A DNA stretch of 64,000 bases from Candidatus Limnocylindrales bacterium (GTDB taxonomy: Bacteria > Chloroflexota > Limnocylindria > Limnocylindrales > CSP1-4): NCBI GenBank assembly GCA_036003325.1, contig DASYSM010000025.1, positions 2,633 through 66,632 on the forward strand, given 5' to 3'. The notes beneath the pieces were generated by a model. That model did no database searches and was not told the origin of the DNA. It was given only the letters and a program-made list of their open reading frames with translations. Every line of letters starts with the position of its first letter. The stretch's first letter is position 1. Positions 8,391-17,856 of the stretch are shown here, piece after piece. A program made the position numbers and the translations under genes.

Positions 8391-11300
8391 TCAGGCGCTG
8401 ACGGTCGGCTCCGGCGTCGGCTCGGGGAGCGTGCTGCCGCCGAGGCGCCGCCCGACGCGGACCTTGAGCCCGTCGACGAGCGAGTAGACCACGGGGATCA
8501 CGATCAGCGTCAGGAAGGTCGCGCTGAACAGCCCGCCGATCACGACCGTGCCGAGCTCGGCCGCGATGATCGAACCCTGGTTGAACCCCGCGGCAAGCGG
8601 GATGAGAGCGAGGATCGTTGCGATGGCAGTCATCAGGATCGGTCGCACACGGGTCCGCCCGCCCTCGATCAGCGCGTCACGGGTCGAGTGCCCCTCGGCG
8701 CGCAGGCGCTCGACGAGATCGAGCAGGACGATCGCATTGGTCACCACGATGCCGATCAGCATCAGGAACCCGATGAGCGCGCTCACGCCGATCGGCCGGC
8801 CGGTCAGCAGCAGGGCCGGGAACGCCCCGATGGTCGCGAGCGGCAGGGTGAACAGGATGATGAACGGCGTGATGAGCGAGTTGAAGGTCAGCACCATCAT
8901 CACGTAGACGAGCAGGATGGCCACGCCCATCGAGGCGAACAGTCCGCCGAACGCCTGGCTCTGCTGCTGGCTGACGCCCGCCAGCTCGGCTGTCGTGCCG
9001 GCCGGGAACGCGCCGGCAGCCTCGAGCGAGTCGAGCTCGTCCTGGACCGACTTCGAGACCGCGCCCGTGTCGTCGCCGGTGATCTCGGCGGTGATCGACG
9101 AGGCGGGTCGCTGGTCGATCCGAGTGATGCTGCCCTGGACGGCCACCTGCTCGACCGTGGCGATGGTCCCCAGCGGCGCGACGCCGACCGCGCCGACGGG
9201 CAGGGCCTCGAGATCCTGGACCGACGCGACGGCGGCGGGATCGAGCTGGACGACCACCTGGACCGTCCGGCCGTCGGCCGATTGGATGCTGGTCGCCGGC
9301 TGGGCGACGAGGGCTGCCCGCACCTGCGCCGCGACCTGGGCCGCCGTCATCCCGACGGTGATCGCCTTGTTCGGGTCGACGGTGACCTGGACCTCAGGCG
9401 TCGCCTTGACGAGGTCGCTCTTGAGGTTGACGAGGTCCGGCTGGTCGGCGAGGCCCTCGACGATCGCCGTCGTCGCCTTGTCGACATCCGTCGCGGACTC
9501 ACCGGTCACGATGATGTCGAGACCGCCGGCCGAGAACCCGCCGGTCGAGATCGAGGCGTCGTAGCCGTCGGTCCGGACCGGGTCGAGGGCGGCCGCCAGG
9601 CGGGTCGATGTCTCGTCGACGTCGGCATCGCTCGTGAGCCGGACGGTCATCGTCGCGCTGTTGGCCGACCGGCCCTGGAGTGCGGACTGGAAGACCTGCG
9701 AGCTGGTGTCCCCTTCGGCCGGGATGCTGGTCTGGACGAGCTCGACCGCCGGATCGGCGAGGAGGATGGTCTCGGCCTGGATCGCCCGCTGGAGGACCGC
9801 GGCCGAGCTCGCGCCCGATGGCGGAGCGATGGTGACGATGAGGGTCTTCTCCGAGCCGGCATTGATGAACTGCGTCGGGAGCAGGGGCGCGAGCGCGGCG
9901 GACAGCACGAACAGGATCGACGCGGCGGCGACGACTCCGAGCTTGGTCGCCCGGCCGCGCAGGACGAAACGGATGATCGGGGTGTAGATCCGGATCCAGA
10001 TCGAGCCGGTCGGCTCGCCGGTGGCGTCGACGGCGGGCCGGACGGTCCGGATCAGGAAGTAGCCAAGGACCGGCACGACGGTCAGGGCGCACACCAGCGA
10101 GGCGAGGAGCGCGAATGTGACGGTCAGCGCGAATGGCAGGAAGAACTGCGAGACGAGCCCGCCGACCAGGCCGAGCGGCAGGAAGACCGCGACCGTGGTC
10201 AGGGTGCTGGCGGTGATCGCCCCGGCGACCTCACGCGGCCCGTTGATCGACGCCGTCAGGCGATCTTCGCCGAGCGAGCGATGCCGATAGATGTTCTCGA
10301 GCACGACGATGGCGTCGTCGACCACCCGCCCGACGGCGACCGCGAGCCCGCCGAGGGTCATGATGTTGATGGTCACACCGGTCAGCTGCATGATCACCAG
10401 CGCCGTCAGGATCGACAGCGGGATGCTGATGGCGGCCACGATCGTGGCCCGCAGGCTGAACAGGAACAGGAAGATGGTCAGGACCGCGAAGATCGCGCCG
10501 AGACCGCCTTCACGCACCAGGCCGTCGCGCGATTCCTTGATGAACGTGGACAGGTCGGCGACCGTCGTGATCGTGAGCTGACCCTGGTGGCGCCCCGCGA
10601 TCTCGGTCAGCTTGGCCTGCACGGCGTCGGCCACGTCCACCGTGTTCGCGTTGGACGCCTTGGACACGGTCAGGGTGAGCGCCTGCGACCCGTTGGTCCG
10701 GCCATAGCCGGTGGTCGCGACCGTGTCCGTCTCGACCGTCCCGAGATCGGCCAGGGTGATCGCCGTCGGCGCCGCTGGAGCGACGCTGGCCGCGGGCGAC
10801 GCGCCCGCGCCCGCGGCGGCGCTGCTTGCCGGCGCGCCGGTCGCGCCCGCGCCCGCGCCGGGGACCAGACCGGGTCGCTGGTAGCCGACCACGAGCGCCC
10901 GGATCTGGTCGATCGACGTGAACGTGCCGATGGTCGACACCGGGACCTTCGAGCCGTCGGTCGCGATCTGCCCCGACGGGACCGTCAGGTTGTTCGCCTG
11001 GAGCACGCCGACGACCTGTTGGCTGGTGATCCCGGAGGCGGCCATCCTGGTCGGGTCGAGCGTCACGAAGATGCGCTCATCGAGCCCGCCGGTCAGGTCC
11101 GCCCGCGCGACCCCTTCGATCGCCTTGACCTCGGGCACGATCTCGGTCCGGGCGATCAGCCCGACCTCGCCGAGGTCGTCGCTGCCGTCGGCCGCGATCG
11201 ACGAGACGACGACCGGTGAGGCATTGATGTTGAGCGCCTGGACCGTCGGCTCCGCGCCGGCCGGCAGGTTGGCCCGAGCGATCGCCTCGTTGACGGCCGC

Positions 11301-11618
11301 GGTCGTCTCCTTGACGTCGGTGCCGTATGAGAACTGGCTGACCACGAGGGAGATGGAGTTCGACGACGTCGAGCGAAGCAGTTCGAGACGCGGAACGCCG
11401 GCGATCGCGTTCTCGATCGGCTTGGTGACCTGCTCCGCGACATCGGACGAGCCTGCCCCCGGATAGGGCGTCACGACGGTCAGGACGGGGAGGTCGATGT
11501 CGGGCAGGAGCTCCTGCTTGAGGCTGCCCCAGGCCGAGAACCCGGCGACGAACAGGGCCGCAGCGAACAGAAGCGTGACGCTCCGCTTGCTGACGGCGAT
11601 GCGGCTGAGTCGGCTCAC
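8391..11618 (-). CDS. RND-superfamily efflux transporter permease (AcrB/SwrC-like, 12 TM)
   Basis: The 1075-aa protein has the typical N-terminus (LLPDIDLPVLTVVTPYPGAGSSDVAEQVTKPIE) and the duplicated 6-TM plus large-loop architecture. The GTG start overlaps the marR stop (GTGA). Confidence 0.9.
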   Translation of the reverse strand: MSRLSRIAVSKRSVTLLFAAALFVAGFSAWGSLKQELLPDIDLPVLTVVTPYPGAGSSDVAEQVTKPIENAIAGVPRLELLRSTSSNSISLVVSQFSYGTDVKETTAAVNEAIARANLPAGAEPTVQALNINASPVVVSSIAADGSDDLGEVGLIARTEIVPEVKAIEGVARADLTGGLDERIFVTLDPTRMAASGITSQQVVGVLQANNLTVPSGQIATDGSKVPVSTIGTFTSIDQIRALVVGYQRPGLVPGAGAGATGAPASSAAAGAGASPAASVAPAAPTAITLADLGTVETDTVATTGYGRTNGSQALTLTVSKASNANTVDVADAVQAKLTEIAGRHQGQLTITTVADLSTFIKESRDGLVREGGLGAIFAVLTIFLFLFSLRATIVAAISIPLSILTALVIMQLTGVTINIMTLGGLAVAVGRVVDDAIVVLENIYRHRSLGEDRLTASINGPREVAGAITASTLTTVAVFLPLGLVGGLVSQFFLPFALTVTFALLASLVCALTVVPVLGYFLIRTVRPAVDATGEPTGSIWIRIYTPIIRFVLRGRATKLGVVAAASILFVLSAALAPLLPTQFINAGSEKTLIVTIAPPSGASSAAVLQRAIQAETILLADPAVELVQTSIPAEGDTSSQVFQSALQGRSANSATMTVRLTSDADVDETSTRLAAALDPVRTDGYDASISTGGFSAGGLDIIVTGESATDVDKATTAIVEGLADQPDLVNLKSDLVKATPEVQVTVDPNKAITVGMTAAQVAAQVRAALVAQPATSIQSADGRTVQVVVQLDPAAVASVQDLEALPVGAVGVAPLGTIATVEQVAVQGSITRIDQRPASSITAEITGDDTGAVSKSVQDELDSLEAAGAFPAGTTAELAGVSQQQSQAFGGLFASMGVAILLVYVMMVLTFNSLITPFIILFTLPLATIGAFPALLLTGRPIGVSALIGFLMLIGIVVTNAIVLLDLVERLRAEGHSTRDALIEGGRTRVRPILMTAIATILALIPLAAGFNQGSIIAAELGTVVIGGLFSATFLTLIVIPVVYSLVDGLKVRVGRRLGGSTLPEPTPEPTVSA

Positions 11619-12169
11619 GGACTGGTCTCCCCCTGGTCACTGGTCTGTCGGTCGGTGCTCGACGGATCGGTCGCGGTCGCGGCCTGCCGGTCGAGTGCGC
11701 GACCGAAGACCTCGACCGAGCGCTCGATGACATCGAGTTCCTCGTCATCGAGCTGGGCGAGCAGCTCGCGGAGCTGGCGCTGGTTCAATTCGCGGAACCG
11801 CTCGAGGAGCGTCACCGCATCGGCCGTGGCGCTCACCACGACCTGACGGCGATCGTCGGCCGCATGGTTGCGTTCGAGCAAGCCCATCTCCACGAGCCGA
11901 TCGACCAGCTCGCTGGCCGAGGAGCTGCCGATGCCGACGCGCGAAGCCAGCTCGGACATGTGGATGCGCCCGGCGGCCATCACGATGTACAGGACCTTGG
12001 CCTGCGCCATCGTGATGCTGACTTCGGCGAACTCGGGGGCGTGCGAGACGACCAGCCGCTGCATCAGCCGCTCGTATCCGTCGAGGACGGACTCGACCGC
12101 GGCCGGCGACGGACGTCGGTTCTTGGCAGGTGGAATGTTCGGAGGCTCCGTACTATTCGGCGGAGCCAC
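11615..12169 (-). CDS. MarR family transcriptional regulator
   Basis: The winged-HTH core reads MAQAKVLYIVMAAGRIHMSELASRVGIGSSSASELVDRLVEMGLLER..DRRQVVV. It is translationally coupled to the RND gene. The start is GTG. Confidence 0.85.
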   Translation of the reverse strand: MAPPNSTEPPNIPPAKNRRPSPAAVESVLDGYERLMQRLVVSHAPEFAEVSITMAQAKVLYIVMAAGRIHMSELASRVGIGSSSASELVDRLVEMGLLERNHAADDRRQVVVSATADAVTLLERFRELNQRQLRELLAQLDDEELDVIERSVEVFGRALDRQAATATDPSSTDRQTSDQGETSP

Positions 12170-12235
12170 ACTATATACGAGTTCGGGTCGGAGCCGGGCG
12201 TTCCGTCCGCGGCGCCTCGGTCGGCGCTGGTGCGA

Positions 12236-13087
12236 TCAGAGGTTGATCCGGATGACCTTCCAGGGGCCCCAGTTGCCGGCCCGATCACGCGCCCGGACCC
12301 GGACCTGGTGGTCGTATGGCCGCAGCCAGGTGATCGTCCGGTGGGTGGCCGTGGTCACTCCCCACGAATACCATCGGCCACCGACGCGGCGGCGCTGGAC
12401 CTCGAAGTAGCGCAGTCCGGAGGTGAGGACCTGGAGCCGGGTGTCGGCACCGGACCAGCGGATCGTGACCCGGACGCGATGGTGGAGGACCGATCGCTTC
12501 GAGATCGTGCCGAACTTCGCCCACGCCCCGGTCTCGTCGGGTTCCTTGACGAACACGCCGGCGTAGTAGCGCAGCCCCGTCGCCGACACCGCGGCACCGA
12601 AGCCCACGTAGTTGTAGCCGGTCGACACGATGATGTCGCGGTGGTCCGGCGAGAGCATCCAGGCGTGGATCGCCTCGGCGACGGACAGGGCCTCGGTCGG
12701 ATAGTGGTTCCAGGCGAGGATCTCGCCCGCGCCATACCAGGTGATCCCGGCCGCGGTCAGCCGGTCAAAGACCTTCTGGCCGTTCGGTTCGGTGTGGCTC
12801 ATCACATCGTTGGCGGCCATGACGTTCGCACGGGCTCGGGCGATGGCCATCAGGTCGGGGTCGATCTGGAGCGGGACGAGGCCGAGCTGCGCCCGTTGAC
12901 GGTTCATCAGGAGGGCGAGGTCCGTGCCGGACTTGGCCAGGATGGCGTCGGTGACCGGCTCCTGGTCGTATGCGGCGGCGGTGCCGGCAACGGGCAGGAG
13001 AAGCAGGACGGCAAGGAGGACGGGGGCGAGGCGGCGCGTGGTGGTCAGCACGGAACGATCGTCGGCACAGGCCGACTTCGCCGGCAT
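12236..13087 (-). CDS. secreted CAP/SCP/PR1-like domain protein with a beta-rich C-terminal domain
   Basis: A signal-like N-terminus (LAPVLLAVLLLLPVAGTAAA) is followed by CAP-type segments (MNRQRAQLGLVPL, MSHTEPNG, GEILAWN). The C-terminal roughly 90 aa look FN3-like. Confidence 0.7.
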   Translation of the reverse strand: MPAKSACADDRSVLTTTRRLAPVLLAVLLLLPVAGTAAAYDQEPVTDAILAKSGTDLALLMNRQRAQLGLVPLQIDPDLMAIARARANVMAANDVMSHTEPNGQKVFDRLTAAGITWYGAGEILAWNHYPTEALSVAEAIHAWMLSPDHRDIIVSTGYNYVGFGAAVSATGLRYYAGVFVKEPDETGAWAKFGTISKRSVLHHRVRVTIRWSGADTRLQVLTSGLRYFEVQRRRVGGRWYSWGVTTATHRTITWLRPYDHQVRVRARDRAGNWGPWKVIRINL

Positions 13088-13258
13088 GGGTCGGCCGTCC
13101 GGGGCAGGCGTCGCGTTCGTACCGGCACCGGACCGACCCGCACCGCCACCGACCGCTCCGGTCCGCGCCGGACCCTCCGGGACGCTCGGCGGATCCTATG
13201 GGACGATGGGGACACCCAGCCGATCCCGGCCGATCACGCGGATCTCAAGGAGGACCTC

Positions 13259-13702
13259 ATGGCTGCCATCCGACGCGCCGACGCGACCTGGTCCGGCGCC
13301 CTGACCACCGGCACCGGCACGGTCTCGGCGGTGTCGTCCGGCTCGTTCACCGACCTCCCCGTCTCCTGGGCGGCACGCACCGAGGCGCCCGGCGGCAAGA
13401 CCAGCCCCGAGGAGCTCCTGGCGGCGGCCCACGCCGCCTGCTTCGAGATGGCCCTGTCGGGCGCGCTCGGCCGGGCCGGGACGCCGCCCGACCGGCTCGA
13501 CGTCACGGCCGAGGTCACCTTCGACAAGGTCGAGGCCGGCTGGCGCGTCGTGTCGAGCGCGCTGACGGTGCGCGGCGTGGTCCCGGGCATGTCCGCGGCC
13601 GACTTCAGCGCGGCGGCCGAGGCGACCAGGGACGGCTGCCCGATCAGCGTGGCCCTGAGCGGAAACGTCGAACTCAGCGTCGTCGCGACACTCGAGGGCT
13701 GA
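13259..13702 (+). CDS. osmC: OsmC family peroxiredoxin
   Basis: ATG 13259 follows AAGGAGG. Both OsmC cysteines are in their usual contexts (AAHAACFEMAL and DGCPISVAL). I trimmed it from track ORF 11864..13702. Confidence 0.85.
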   Translation: MAAIRRADATWSGALTTGTGTVSAVSSGSFTDLPVSWAARTEAPGGKTSPEELLAAAHAACFEMALSGALGRAGTPPDRLDVTAEVTFDKVEAGWRVVSSALTVRGVVPGMSAADFSAAAEATRDGCPISVALSGNVELSVVATLEG

Positions 13703-13720
13703 CCGAGGCGTCCCGCCGGT

Positions 13721-14656
13721 CTAGCCGATGGTCAGCAGCCGTCGCGGGTTGGCGACCGTCATCGTTTCGATCTCGGCGTCGCTGACGCCGGCGGCCCGCA
13801 GCCTGGGCAGGAACGTCTCGACCAGGTAGCCGTAGCCGTTGCCGCCGAAGCGGACGAGCTGCGAGTCGTTGCAGACGTCCTGGCTGAGCAGGACATGGTC
13901 AGCGTGGCCGCGCCCCAGGAGCTCGCACAGCAGCTCGATCGTCCGCTCCTCGCCGATCCGCTCGCGCTCCCAGGGCATGCCGATGAAGTCGAACTCGAGA
14001 CTCGCGCCGCGCGTGATGATCTCGAGGGAGTGGTCGAGGACCGGATACGAATCGGCGTGGCCGACGACGACCCTGGCCGGGTCGAGCCCCTCCTCCTCGA
14101 AGACGCGGAGCTGGGCCAGGCCGACGTCGGACAGGACGGCGTGGGTCGTGATGGCCAGCCCGGTCCGTCGCGCCGCACGGGCGGCCGCCCGATGGACGCG
14201 CTCCTCGGACGGCGACAGCCATGGCTTGTCGGTGCCGATCTCGCCGATGATCCCGGGACGGATGGCCGTGTCCCCCACCCCGCTGCCGATCTCGGCGACG
14301 AACTCGTCCGCGAGGTCGTCCACCGGGCGGCGGTCGATACGCGCTTCGGGCGGGTAGTAGGCCGTCCGGTACCAGCCGCAGCCCATCACCACGTGCAGGC
14401 CGCTGGCGATCGACACGTCGCGGAGCCAGCGCGGATCGCGTCCGACACCCGGCAGCGTCAGGTCCACCAGCCCGCTCCCGCCGGCCGCCCGGAATCGCTT
14501 CAGCTCGGCGAGGATGACCGGCTCGTCGCGCGTCAGCTGCCAGTAGTCCCAGCGACCCTCGATGTGCCACAGCGCGATCTGGGTGTGCTCGTGCGGCAGC
14601 GTGAGACCGAGCGAATCGGGCTCGATCGGGCCGAGGACCGTCTGGACATGAGCCAT
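13721..14656 (-). CDS. phosphotriesterase-related (PTE/PHP amidohydrolase-fold) protein
   Basis: The N-terminus MAHVQTVLGPIEPDSLGLTLPHEHT carries the HxH metal motif. TIM-barrel hydrolase motifs (ITTH, VVGHAD) are also present. I trimmed it from track ORF 13721..14989. Confidence 0.8.
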   Translation of the reverse strand: MAHVQTVLGPIEPDSLGLTLPHEHTQIALWHIEGRWDYWQLTRDEPVILAELKRFRAAGGSGLVDLTLPGVGRDPRWLRDVSIASGLHVVMGCGWYRTAYYPPEARIDRRPVDDLADEFVAEIGSGVGDTAIRPGIIGEIGTDKPWLSPSEERVHRAAARAARRTGLAITTHAVLSDVGLAQLRVFEEEGLDPARVVVGHADSYPVLDHSLEIITRGASLEFDFIGMPWERERIGEERTIELLCELLGRGHADHVLLSQDVCNDSQLVRFGGNGYGYLVETFLPRLRAAGVSDAEIETMTVANPRRLLTIG

Positions 14657-14667
14657 GGTCCGCGATG

Positions 14668-15330
14668 CTACGCGGTCGTGACCCGCTCGGCTGCGGCGTC
14701 GGGCGACGACGCCGAGCCCGGGCCCGCACGCAGCAGGAGCTCGACGATCGCGCCGGCGCGACGTTCGAGCTCGGCGGGCCGGTACCCATCGCCCGCCTCG
14801 ATGCGCTGGAGCATGAGCCCGTCGAGCAGGGCGAGGAAACCCCTCGTCACCGCGTCGACATCGAGCCAGGCGGGCAGCTCGCCGCTGGCGACGCCCTGGC
14901 GCAGCAGCAGCTGGCCGGCACCCGCCAGGCGCTCCCGTCGGCCGGCCAGCATCTCGCGCACCCCCGGCTCGCGGTCGGCCTCGGCCCATGCCTGGACGAG
15001 TGTGACCTGGCCCGGATGGCCGTCATATTCGTCGATCGTGTCGACGTAGAAGCGGATGGCGATCGCCAGCCGTGCCGCGGTCGTGGTCGCGGGCGCCAGC
15101 ACGGCGGCCAGCTCGTCGAGACCGCGGGTCGCGATCTCGTCGCAGGTGAGCCGGATCAGCTCGTCCTTGCCGCTGAAGTACGTGTAGATGGCGCCGACCG
15201 ACAACCCGCTCTCGCGGACCACGTCGGCGATGGTCGAGCTGTGGTAGCCCTTCTCGGCGAAGACCCGGGCTGCGGCGGCGAGGATCCGATCTCGGACCTG
15301 CTGCTCATGCGCGGCACTGACTCGCGGCAC
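14668..15330 (-). CDS. TetR/AcrR family transcriptional regulator
   Basis: The HTH reads RDRILAAAARVFAEKGYHSSTIADVVRESGLSVGAIYTYFSGKDEL. GTG 15330 is preceded by AGGAG with a 5-nt spacer. The track ORF extends to 15420. Confidence 0.85.
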   Translation of the reverse strand: MPRVSAAHEQQVRDRILAAAARVFAEKGYHSSTIADVVRESGLSVGAIYTYFSGKDELIRLTCDEIATRGLDELAAVLAPATTTAARLAIAIRFYVDTIDEYDGHPGQVTLVQAWAEADREPGVREMLAGRRERLAGAGQLLLRQGVASGELPAWLDVDAVTRGFLALLDGLMLQRIEAGDGYRPAELERRAGAIVELLLRAGPGSASSPDAAAERVTTA

Positions 15331-15340
15331 GTCCACTCCT

Positions 15341-15422
15341 AAAACGAATGTTCCTTCTTGGCATCGTAGCCGAACCCTGTGAGGCCCGCAAGAGTCTGGC
15401 TTGACAAAACGAATGACCATTC
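15341..15422. promoter_or_regulatory. repeated AAAACGAATG words and GAATG-N2-CATTC palindrome (putative TetR operator)
   Basis: AAAACGAATG occurs at 15341-15350 and again at 15406-15415. The second copy extends into the palindrome GAATGACCATTC (15411-15422), which sits between the -35 and -10 boxes. Confidence 0.35.
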
Positions 15423-15430
15423 TCTATATT
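15401..15430 (+). promoter_or_regulatory. sigma70-like promoter for the MMPL gene (TTGACA-N18-TATATT)
   Basis: The -35 box TTGACA lies at 15401-15406 and the -10 box TATATT at 15425-15430. The element is 35 nt upstream of ATG 15465 in an AT-enriched divergent spacer. Confidence 0.4.
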
Positions 15431-15464
15431 TCGCGCCCTGAAGACCCGTCCCGAGAGGATCCTG

Positions 15465-17816
15465 ATGTTCAGCCGCTGGGGTGCATTCGTCTACCGGTTC
15501 CGCCGCCCGATCGTCCTGATCGCGATCGTCGCGGCCCTTGCCAGCACGACCCTGGCGGCGCAGGCGTCATCCGCCCTGTCGGCTGGTGGCTGGCTCGACG
15601 CCAACTCCGAATCGGCCGCCGTGGCGAACCGGCTCGACACGGAGTTCGGCGCCGGCAAGAGCTCCGTCATCGTGTTGTTCCGGTCGGACACGCCTGGCGC
15701 GGATGCGACATCGGCCGAGTTCCAGGCCGCGATCACGGCTGCGACCGCGCCGCTCGCGTCGAACCCCCACGTCGATGGCGTGGTCGGCTATGCCGAGACC
15801 GGCGACTCCACCTTCATCAGCACCGCAGGCGACGCGGCATACGTCGTCGTCCAGCTCAACGTCACCGACGAGGAGTCGGTCGCCATCGTCGATGACATCC
15901 GGGCCGACATCGTGCCGCCGGCCGGCTACACGACGCAGCTGACCGGGTACGGACCGATCACCCAGGATTCGGCCGAGCAGTCCGAGAAGGATCTGCAGAA
16001 GGCCGAGCTGGTCTCGCTGCCGATCGTCGCGGTGGTCCTGGTCCTCGTCTTCGCCTCGATCGTGGCGGCCGGGATGCCGCTGCTGGTCGCCGGGCTGGCG
16101 ATCCCAGTCAGCCTCGCCCTCGTGTACATCGTGGCCCAGCAGGTCCAGATGAGCATCTTCGTGCTCAACATCGCCACCATGCTCGGGCTGGCGCTGGCCA
16201 TCGACTACTCGCTGTTCATCGTCAGCCGGTACCGCGAGGAGCTGCGCCGCGGGCGCACGGTCGGCGAGGCCGTCGAGCGCGCCGTGTCCACCGCCGGCAA
16301 GGCCGTCGCGTTCAGCGGCATCGCGGTCGCCATCGGCCTGTCGGGCCTGCTCCTGTTCGCCGCGCCGGCCATCCGCTCCATCGGGATCGCCGGCGCGCTC
16401 GTCGTGCTGTCGTCGGTCGTGTTCGCGCTGACGTTCCTGCCGGCCCTCCTCGGGATGCTCGGCCATCGCGTCAACGCCCTGTCGATCCGCGGCCTGCGCC
16501 ACCGCTTCCGCCCCGTGTCCGACAGCGTCGAGGTCGCGCGCACCAGCCGCTGGGAGCGGGTCGCCAACGCCGTCATGCGGCGGCCGATCACGGTCCTCAT
16601 CCCGACCCTGGCCATCCTGCTCATCGCCGGGATCCCGTTCCTGCACATGGAGCAGGGCGTCCCCGGCGCCGAGATCTACCCGCCCGGTGTCGAAAGCCGC
16701 GACGCGTATGTCGCGCTCCAGACCGAGTTCGCCCCCGGCGAGACCACCCCGATCATCATCCTCGCCGACGTGACCGGCTCGCCCACGGACCTTGCCAACA
16801 TCCAGGCGCTCGACGCCTATGCGGCGAAGGTCGACGCGCTCGATGGGATCGATCGGGTCGAAGGCCCGTTCGTCATCCATGACCCGAAGACCGGAGCACT
16901 CCTCAGTGCCGACCAGGTGGCGGCGCTCTACGCGCTCCCCGCCGACCAGCGGCCCGCGGGCCTCGACGAGCTGCTCGCCCGATACGTCCGCGGCTCGACC
17001 GTGCGGCTTGACGCCATCAGCCCGCTCGCACCGTCGAAGCCCGAAGCGACCGACATGATCCCCGAGATCCGCGCCATCGCGGCGGGTGCCGGGATCACCA
17101 CCCAGGTGGGCGGGAGCGCGGCCTCGGGCCACGACTTCCTGGTCTCTCAGGCACAGCGGGCACCCTACGCGGTCGGGCTGACCCTGCTGGCCAGCGGCCT
17201 GATCCTGTTCCTGCTGTTCGGCTCGGTGGTGCTGCCTCTGAAGGCCGTCGTGATGACCCTGCTGTCGATCACCGCGTCGTTCGGCGCGATGGTCTGGATC
17301 TTCCAGGACGGCAACCTGTCGAACCTGCTGAACTTCGTGCCGCTCGGGTACACCATCGCCGGCAACCCGATCATCATGTTCTCGGTCATCTTCGGGCTGT
17401 CGATGGACTACGAGGTCCTGCTGCTGTCGCGGATCCAGGAGGCCTACCGGCGGACCGGCGACAACACCAGGTCCGTGGCCGAGGGCCTGTCGAAGACGGC
17501 CGGTGTCATCACCGGCGCCGCGCTGATCATGGTCTCGGTATTCGCGGCGTTCGCGCTGGCCGACGTCATCACCATCAAGTCGATCGGCGTCGGCATGGCC
17601 ATCGCGGTCGCGGTCGATGCCACCATCGTCAGGGTCCTGCTGGTGCCGGCCACGATGCGGCTCATGGGCAGGTGGAACTGGTGGGCGCCGGGCGTCCTCG
17701 GGCGGTTCGTGGACCGGCTCGGCTTCAGCCACGTCGAAGACGACGAGGACGGTCCGGGCGACGCGGACGAGCCCGGCGCCGCGCCAGCCCCGACGCCCGG
17801 TCTGGCAGGGTCCTGA
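15465..17816 (+). CDS. MMPL family (RND-superfamily) transporter
   Basis: The typical MMPL N-terminus is present (MFSRWGAFVYRFRRPIVLIAIV). There are two 6-TM bundles with MMPL motifs (LALAIDYSLFIVSRYREEL and GLSMDYEVLLLSRIQEAY). Confidence 0.9.
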   Translation: MFSRWGAFVYRFRRPIVLIAIVAALASTTLAAQASSALSAGGWLDANSESAAVANRLDTEFGAGKSSVIVLFRSDTPGADATSAEFQAAITAATAPLASNPHVDGVVGYAETGDSTFISTAGDAAYVVVQLNVTDEESVAIVDDIRADIVPPAGYTTQLTGYGPITQDSAEQSEKDLQKAELVSLPIVAVVLVLVFASIVAAGMPLLVAGLAIPVSLALVYIVAQQVQMSIFVLNIATMLGLALAIDYSLFIVSRYREELRRGRTVGEAVERAVSTAGKAVAFSGIAVAIGLSGLLLFAAPAIRSIGIAGALVVLSSVVFALTFLPALLGMLGHRVNALSIRGLRHRFRPVSDSVEVARTSRWERVANAVMRRPITVLIPTLAILLIAGIPFLHMEQGVPGAEIYPPGVESRDAYVALQTEFAPGETTPIIILADVTGSPTDLANIQALDAYAAKVDALDGIDRVEGPFVIHDPKTGALLSADQVAALYALPADQRPAGLDELLARYVRGSTVRLDAISPLAPSKPEATDMIPEIRAIAAGAGITTQVGGSAASGHDFLVSQAQRAPYAVGLTLLASGLILFLLFGSVVLPLKAVVMTLLSITASFGAMVWIFQDGNLSNLLNFVPLGYTIAGNPIIMFSVIFGLSMDYEVLLLSRIQEAYRRTGDNTRSVAEGLSKTAGVITGAALIMVSVFAAFALADVITIKSIGVGMAIAVAVDATIVRVLLVPATMRLMGRWNWWAPGVLGRFVDRLGFSHVEDDEDGPGDADEPGAAPAPTPGLAGS

Positions 17817-17856
17817 CCGCCGCGCCTCCGCGGTGTCGATGCCCTATCGTCGGGCG

